Positions 58,706-64,000 of a DNA stretch of 64,000 nucleotides are shown here, one piece after another. The translations under genes were made by a program, and so were the position numbers. The DNA is from a virus (Duplodnaviria > Caudoviricetes). The DNA is taken from the IMG/VR virus record IMGVR_UViG_3300033463_000008; one strand, written 5' to 3'. Numbering within the stretch: the stretch's first letter is position 1; the number at the start of each line of letters is the position of its first letter. Below the pieces are notes generated by a model, which was not told the DNA's origin, made no database searches, and was given only the letters and a program-made list of their open reading frames with translations.

Positions 58706-59245
58706 TTAAAATTCTTCTTCGCTTTCATCCGTTTCAGCAATCGGAGTAAACACGACCGGATTTTCATCCAGCGAATGAATTTCCAACTTAATCGGAATGA
58801 GAATCTTTTTGCCGGTCTGCGGATTGGTTTCCTTGCGCTTGATCCATTCTTCCAGAACATCGTTCGCTTCGTCACGGTTCTTGATGCCGTCGATGGTGCA
58901 TGTCATGTTCTCTTCAACGCCATCACCGGCGTTCTTGCGGGTATGGGTGAAGGTTGCCGTATTAGCAATGCCGGAGAACGTGACCAGATGTTCCAGTTCG
59001 GTCCCAAAATCGACCTTGATGAACACGCCGTAATCGCGGAGGTCGGCCTTGACACTGCCCAGCGGGAAATTGATGTTGATGTCCTCGACACCGAAAGTAT
59101 TTTCGAGGACTTCAGCCATTTCCTTGGAATCGGAAGTACCTGTAATCTTCAACTTGAACTTGGTGACGGTAGTGTCCTTGACGACGGTCGGGGCCATGGA
59201 CATGAGGGTACCAATGGCAGTAATTTCGAGCTTATTTTTTGACAT
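58706..59245 (-). CDS. Hypothetical beta-rich protein with acidic tail
   Basis: AGGA RBS; extended -10 TGcTATATT at 59277-59285. Confidence 0.75.
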   Translation of the reverse strand: MSKNKLEITAIGTLMSMAPTVVKDTTVTKFKLKITGTSDSKEMAEVLENTFGVEDININFPLGSVKADLRDYGVFIKVDFGTELEHLVTFSGIANTATFTHTRKNAGDGVEENMTCTIDGIKNRDEANDVLEEWIKRKETNPQTGKKILIPIKLEIHSLDENPVVFTPIAETDESEEEF

Positions 59246-59334
59246 TGTTCTAGTTCCTAATTGCTTGTTTAATTGAAATATAGCAAAAATGTTTCATGTT
59301 TGATATAAGACTGTAGAAAAATTGCGAGAATCAC

Positions 59335-59913
59335 ATGCCAGCTGACATCAAACATGTACCACAGATGGAATCGATGATGGCTTTCTACACAAAATTTGCC
59401 AATTCATTCGATTGCCCGACTATCTTGGCCGAGGCTGCTACCGAGATGTTCAAAGAAGTCCTTCTGGAAGCTTCTCAGTCAAGCGACGTTGCTGACCAGC
59501 TCCGTCAAAAAGTGGGTGTAAATCCAAACGAGACCCAGGGTATTGATGTGTTCGGACTTAGCGGCGATGACAACCTTCCGCGGCAAACTACCATCGACAA
59601 CGAGATTTCGGATGCGATGATAAGCGGTTCGTTTGATTCTCTGGGCGATGACATTTCCACCACAGATCCAAATAGTTTCGATGAAACTGCAATGGGTCTC
59701 GGAAGTTCAGAATTTGACACTTCCGATAACGAACTAAACCCGGACGACTGGACAGCAGAAGAGCAAACCTCGGATACTGATATACCGGAAACTGCTGAAG
59801 ATGCAAACAGCACCGGTGGTGATGAACTTGAACCAGCTGCCGATGAAGGTGGCATGGAAGATGATTTAAACTCGACCGGCGATGATGCCGAAATGAGTAC
59901 AGGGGAATTATAA
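59335..59913 (+). CDS. Very acidic protein; candidate internal head protein
   Basis: Box variant TATAAGAC 59304-59311; module ending VLLE|A; D/E-rich remainder. Confidence 0.8.
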   Translation: MPADIKHVPQMESMMAFYTKFANSFDCPTILAEAATEMFKEVLLEASQSSDVADQLRQKVGVNPNETQGIDVFGLSGDDNLPRQTTIDNEISDAMISGSFDSLGDDISTTDPNSFDETAMGLGSSEFDTSDNELNPDDWTAEEQTSDTDIPETAEDANSTGGDELEPAADEGGMEDDLNSTGDDAEMSTGEL

Positions 59914-59928
59914 TAAGGAGACTCCAAA

Positions 59929-60654
59929 ATGAATAAAATCCAACAAAAGTACAATGCTTTCATGGAAAGCGTATGCACTCAGTTCAACTGCAAGCAGGCA
60001 CTTCCGGCCCTCAGACAGGGTTTCAAGGCTTTCTGCGAAGCCGTTGATGTCGATTACGACCCGTTCGACATTGACAATATGGTCGCCAACGCGTCCGATG
60101 CCGAATTCGGTGCCGAAAACAATGACAGCCGGTATAATATCGACCGTGTCACCGGTCAAGGAAGCGTTGACTTTGACGAAGGTGACGCCGATGATACTAA
60201 CGTCGCCCTCGTGACTCAGAGGCTTGCCAAGAGACTGCAGGTTCTATTTGATCGCGAATCTTACCGAGCTCTCAGTGCAAGACTGGATGACAGACATGAC
60301 AACTGGATTGTTATTAATGTCGATGGCATTTATATGGGTACGGTAGTAGTTACTGGCAACACCGTGTCAGCAGAATATCCAGAATTCTCTGATGGGAATG
60401 GCCGCGCACTTCCTTTCAGCAATGTTAAGTGTTCTGTAAGTAAGTTCGATTTAGATGATCCTCAACTAGCAGACAATGTGGCCGCAGTATATTTGGATAG
60501 GGCCATGTCTGTCAGTTCCAAAGTGAATGCATTGAACAGAGAACCTTATGAAGTCACACGCGAACGCCAGCAAAAAATACTTAATGCCGGCGCTGATATG
60601 AATGATGATGAATTTGCGAATGCATTGCGCAATCACGAGTTCGACAATTTGTAA
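59929..60654 (+). CDS. Hypothetical protein; candidate internal head protein
   Basis: AAGGAG RBS; module ending AFCE|A. Confidence 0.8.
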   Translation: MNKIQQKYNAFMESVCTQFNCKQALPALRQGFKAFCEAVDVDYDPFDIDNMVANASDAEFGAENNDSRYNIDRVTGQGSVDFDEGDADDTNVALVTQRLAKRLQVLFDRESYRALSARLDDRHDNWIVINVDGIYMGTVVVTGNTVSAEYPEFSDGNGRALPFSNVKCSVSKFDLDDPQLADNVAAVYLDRAMSVSSKVNALNREPYEVTRERQQKILNAGADMNDDEFANALRNHEFDNL

Positions 60655-60679
60655 TATATAAAGCATCTACCTATTTAAT

Positions 60680-60705
60680 AAAACCACCGGGATTCCGGTG
60701 GTTTT
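60680..60705. terminator. Bidirectional terminator
   Basis: aaaaccaccgg-gatt-ccggtggtttt. Confidence 0.85.
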
Positions 60706-60709
60706 CTTT

Positions 60710-61816
60710 TTAGTTCGGTGTAACGGTAGGATTGATTTTTGCCCGTTCGTTCTTGTCCTTTCGCTTTTCAGCCTTGGCAATTTCCCTGACCTGTGCACGA
60801 GCTTCCTTGTCCCTTTCGCGCAGGCGTTTCATCAGGCTCTGCCTGACTTCCTTGTTATATTCGCGACGTTCATCCGGAACATTACCTTCACGGACGAACT
60901 TGTCAAGATTGCCGATAACCCTGGAGAGCTTGATTTCTTCATCGTTCATCACGTTCACTGCGGTAAGACGTGCAGTGGACTGTTCACGGACATTCTTGAC
61001 CTTGTCATCAATCTGATCCCAGATGCCATACAGCCTATGGAAATTCTGGTTGATGTAGGTCAACAGCCCGGAACTTGACATCGGTTTCTGGTTGATGCTA
61101 CCCTCAGGAATCCAGCGGTCCGCCTTCCAAGTCTTTCCCTCGACAAACACGGGAACAATCATCAGCCGTCCGTCGCTGCCAACACGCACCAGTGTCATAT
61201 GGTTGGTATCAGCTGCCCAGCAGATGCACTTTCTGCGTTTCACGCCGCCATCGTCAAATGCAAGGCTCACTGTTTCCGGACACTGGAAAATCACTCCCCA
61301 GTAATAACCCTGGGTATCGGACGGTTTCAGGTCAGACAGCTTGGTGACATAGATATAGCCGTTGCGACGGCCACCAACTTCTTCCGGCTTTGAGTTGGTT
61401 TCAATTTTCCAGAACGCATTTAGGTTCGGGCTTCCGTGATACACCTGCTCGGTAACGATATCACGAGCTTCAACCTCGGACTGCATTAGGTCAATGAACC
61501 AGGTTTCATCCGGTTCAATTACCGGTTCGGAAGTATGGTAAAATAGATTCAAGGTACCGTTCACAAATTCCAGCCAATCCTTGTCGGTGTCGTTCTGGAA
61601 ATCATAGTTATTGAACCATTCTTCGTATTTCTGCTGTGCCGCTGTAGGCAACTGGACCACGCGGAACATGTTACGAAACTGGAACGGGGAATAGCCGGCC
61701 TCTTTGCATTTCTTGGTAATCCAGAAATCCAATATAACGTCCTTGTGGGACTTCCAAGTAATCCCATCTTCAATGTAGTTGATGAGACGAATGCCAGCAA
61801 TCTTACGAGCCTTCAC
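60710..61816 (-). CDS. Hypothetical late protein
   Basis: AAGGAG RBS with GTG start; late box 61840-61847. Confidence 0.8.
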   Translation of the reverse strand: MKARKIAGIRLINYIEDGITWKSHKDVILDFWITKKCKEAGYSPFQFRNMFRVVQLPTAAQQKYEEWFNNYDFQNDTDKDWLEFVNGTLNLFYHTSEPVIEPDETWFIDLMQSEVEARDIVTEQVYHGSPNLNAFWKIETNSKPEEVGGRRNGYIYVTKLSDLKPSDTQGYYWGVIFQCPETVSLAFDDGGVKRRKCICWAADTNHMTLVRVGSDGRLMIVPVFVEGKTWKADRWIPEGSINQKPMSSSGLLTYINQNFHRLYGIWDQIDDKVKNVREQSTARLTAVNVMNDEEIKLSRVIGNLDKFVREGNVPDERREYNKEVRQSLMKRLRERDKEARAQVREIAKAEKRKDKNERAKINPTVTPN

Positions 61817-61935
61817 AGGTTCTCCTTGTTTCTAGCATCAGTTTATATCAAATAATGTCCCATGATCAGCCACACCCGGACATCCGGTATCCCAAAACAT
61901 ATAAATCTATCGGAAAATCCTGCAGGAAAATATTT

Positions 61936-62682
61936 ATGATGGATAACAAATATTCGATAGACATGTTTGACTTGCCCACCGAAAGCGAACTCGGTGTAGC
62001 AATTATGGAAGCTTCCAAGAAGGCCCCGAAAGAAGGCGGCTTCGACGAAGAAACTATGTTCCCGTTCTGGAAGCCACAGGGCGGACCACATGCACTCAAG
62101 GTCAGCGACAAATCTGGCGTGGTGAAGCCGAAGGTAGATTTTGTTGCTTCCGAAACCAGTATCGATGCCGCATGGGAAAAGTTCCTCGGTAGCGACAAGG
62201 CCAAGGCAAAGACTGCAAAGCCGATTACCGAAGTTGACAATTTCGGCAGCGTAGTGCTCGACAGCTTCGCACAGAAGCCATCGACAGACAAGCTTGTCGG
62301 TTCCATCAAGGCATTGAGGAAGACTACGGTCAAGGAAATGTCCGGCAAGGTCACCCACACCGTGGAAGAACTCGGAATTGGCAAGGTCGTTGAAAAGTCC
62401 AACGCAGCCAGCCCGAAAAAGAACAACACCGGCGCCGTAAAGCCGAAGGCTGCCATGGGCAAGCAGAACATCCCGAACATCTTCAACGAAAAACCGAAGA
62501 TGATTGATGTCAGCGGAACCGTGACAACTCTCGATTCCTATGATGCCAAGTTGAAGTCCACGCCGAACGATGTCACCATCCACAGCAAGGCTGACCATCC
62601 AGGCAAGGACAATACCGGTGCAGTGAAGCCGAAGGCTGCACTCGGCAAGCAGCGTGTTCCATCCAAGGACATGGGAAAGTAA
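61936..62682 (+). CDS. Lys-rich protein with duplicated NTGAVKPKAAxGKQ motif (start corrected)
   Basis: Box TATAAATC 61900-61907 and AGGA before ATG 61936/61939. Confidence 0.75.
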   Translation: MMDNKYSIDMFDLPTESELGVAIMEASKKAPKEGGFDEETMFPFWKPQGGPHALKVSDKSGVVKPKVDFVASETSIDAAWEKFLGSDKAKAKTAKPITEVDNFGSVVLDSFAQKPSTDKLVGSIKALRKTTVKEMSGKVTHTVEELGIGKVVEKSNAASPKKNNTGAVKPKAAMGKQNIPNIFNEKPKMIDVSGTVTTLDSYDAKLKSTPNDVTIHSKADHPGKDNTGAVKPKAALGKQRVPSKDMGK

Positions 62683-62688
62683 TCCACT

Positions 62689-63387
62689 ATGGCAAGAAGG
62701 CATGTCTATGATAGAAGGCTATCCAGAAGCCCCGCGCCCGTGCACGGAGGGTTCTGGCGCCTGCGCATAGGACCTCTGCCGGTATCGTGGGAGGACGAGG
62801 CAAACGATGCCGAATTTACCACGGTGCCTCACACCGCTCCCCCACCGGAAATTACGAATGCGCTAATCCAGAAATACAACTGTCCAGGGCTCAGCATCAA
62901 GTATTCCCCGGAAGGCCATTATAAGTTCGTTACCAATATTCCAATCCAGGAAGACAACGAATACGAGAAGACTTTCCAGGTGACGATGCTCTGTGACAAC
63001 TGGTATGAAAACTGGTGGGCATTCCACCGGTACATGGACACCGTAATGAGTGGACGTACCGGAGGTTTCCCGGAACAGGATCCGGAGCACAGGATTTACG
63101 GCTTGGACCGGTCGTACAGGAACCGTCTGACCTTCATCCCGTACATCGAGATGCACGCGGCGGACGATTGCGCCCAGGAACACATGATTGTCAGGTTTGA
63201 GCGGTGCCGACTCACGGATTTGAGCGACCTGCAGCCTCAGTTGCGCGGAGTCGATCCGCTCCCGTTCACCATAACAGTCAAGTATGAAATCAAGCGCATC
63301 ATCCGACTTCCCGACCCGAATAACTTAATGAGTGCAATTTGCGTCTCGACCAGTAACAACAGCTACACCGACGGACAAACAGGTTAA
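62689..63387 (+). CDS. Tail-tube-fold protein (T4 gp3-like tube terminator)
   Basis: YNCPGLSI..VTMLCDNWYENWWAFHRYM..VRFERCRLTDLSDL..FTITVKYE matches the gp3/gp19/gp54 layout. Confidence 0.6.
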   Translation: MARRHVYDRRLSRSPAPVHGGFWRLRIGPLPVSWEDEANDAEFTTVPHTAPPPEITNALIQKYNCPGLSIKYSPEGHYKFVTNIPIQEDNEYEKTFQVTMLCDNWYENWWAFHRYMDTVMSGRTGGFPEQDPEHRIYGLDRSYRNRLTFIPYIEMHAADDCAQEHMIVRFERCRLTDLSDLQPQLRGVDPLPFTITVKYEIKRIIRLPDPNNLMSAICVSTSNNSYTDGQTG

Positions 63388-63389
63388 CC

Positions 63390-64000
63390 ATGGCAACACC
63401 AGTACCCAACAAGACATATCAGACCGGTCAGGATGTTGGAAACACCGGCGTAAAGGAACGCGGGGTCATTGGCCGTAAACTGGTTGATTTCTACCAGACC
63501 GCCAGGGGCCACATACCTAACCGGTATGAAGTGTACCTATACGGACCGTATGTCGAGGAAGCACTGCGGGTCATGGACCGAAATTCCTTCGCCGACAAGT
63601 ATCAGATGTCGGAAGTCAAGGTATTTCCAAACACGCTCGACTATTACAAGAAGAATCAGTTTGACGACTGGTTTGCACATGCATGGAACAACGATGACAA
63701 GACCCTCTGCATGAGGTGGAACGCCAAGGCAATTGATGTTCCGGGCGCCAAGGCGCAGATGGAATGGTTCATGGTCGATTCCACGAAGACGATGGAATAT
63801 CCGCTCATTACGGGAAACGACAGACCGTCCGAACTAGACCTCACGGTGCTGGATGACAGCTACATGATGTGGTTCCAGTTCTTCAACGCACTATACAACG
63901 TGCAATTCAGCCCGCTTGTCCTGAAGCCACGTAGCACCATGCAGAAAATCAACCTGTATGTGAACATGTACTATGAAGCCATCACGATGGGCCGCTCACA
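63390..64000 (+). CDS. Tail-tube-fold baseplate protein (gp54-like), partial
   Basis: ATG 63390, open to the window end: PNRYEVYL..KAIDVPG..LDLTVLDD; absent from the ORF track. Confidence 0.6.
   Translation, partial: MATPVPNKTYQTGQDVGNTGVKERGVIGRKLVDFYQTARGHIPNRYEVYLYGPYVEEALRVMDRNSFADKYQMSEVKVFPNTLDYYKKNQFDDWFAHAWNNDDKTLCMRWNAKAIDVPGAKAQMEWFMVDSTKTMEYPLITGNDRPSELDLTVLDDSYMMWFQFFNALYNVQFSPLVLKPRSTMQKINLYVNMYYEAITMGRS

Noticed and set aside
1-64000. Stop-codon reassignment, as in some gut jumbo phages
   Set aside because: Standard code gives full-length genes at high density, and TAA, TAG and TGA all end well-supported genes.
1-64000. Specific host assignment
   Set aside because: Promoter style and GC content are suggestive only; no spacer match or marker gene is available from the sequence alone.

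Overview
A gene-dense, roughly 50% GC segment of a large (jumbo-type) myovirus with T4-like morphogenesis genes in scrambled order. 1-34.5 kb is a minus-strand tail/baseplate module: gp6- and gp7-like wedge proteins, several very long repeat-rich fibre proteins, and an inserted GT2-TPR glycosyltransferase operon. 34.5-64 kb holds neck (gp13, gp14), tail terminator (gp15), late sigma factor (gp55-like), prohead protease and scaffold (gp21, gp22), gp3/gp54-like tube proteins, Hsp20, PhoH, a holin-like protein, an IS200/IS605-family tnpB element and many orphans. Two patterns not visible in the ORF track stand out. (1) A late-promoter box TATAA(A/G)CT and close variants occurs about 24 times, almost only just upstream of genes, often 6-7 nt from the ATG, implying leaderless mRNA. 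It includes one overlapping bidirectional copy. (2) About ten otherwise unrelated late-expressed orphan proteins share a ~35-aa two-helix module ending in hydrophobic-x-E|A/G/S, the T4 gp21-type cleavage site. I read this as a candidate capsid-targeting propeptide system for loading cargo proteins, one an apparent polyprotein ending in an ADP-ribosyltransferase-like domain. All family assignments are by eye from remembered motifs; no searches were run. No tRNA, rRNA or CRISPR array was seen.
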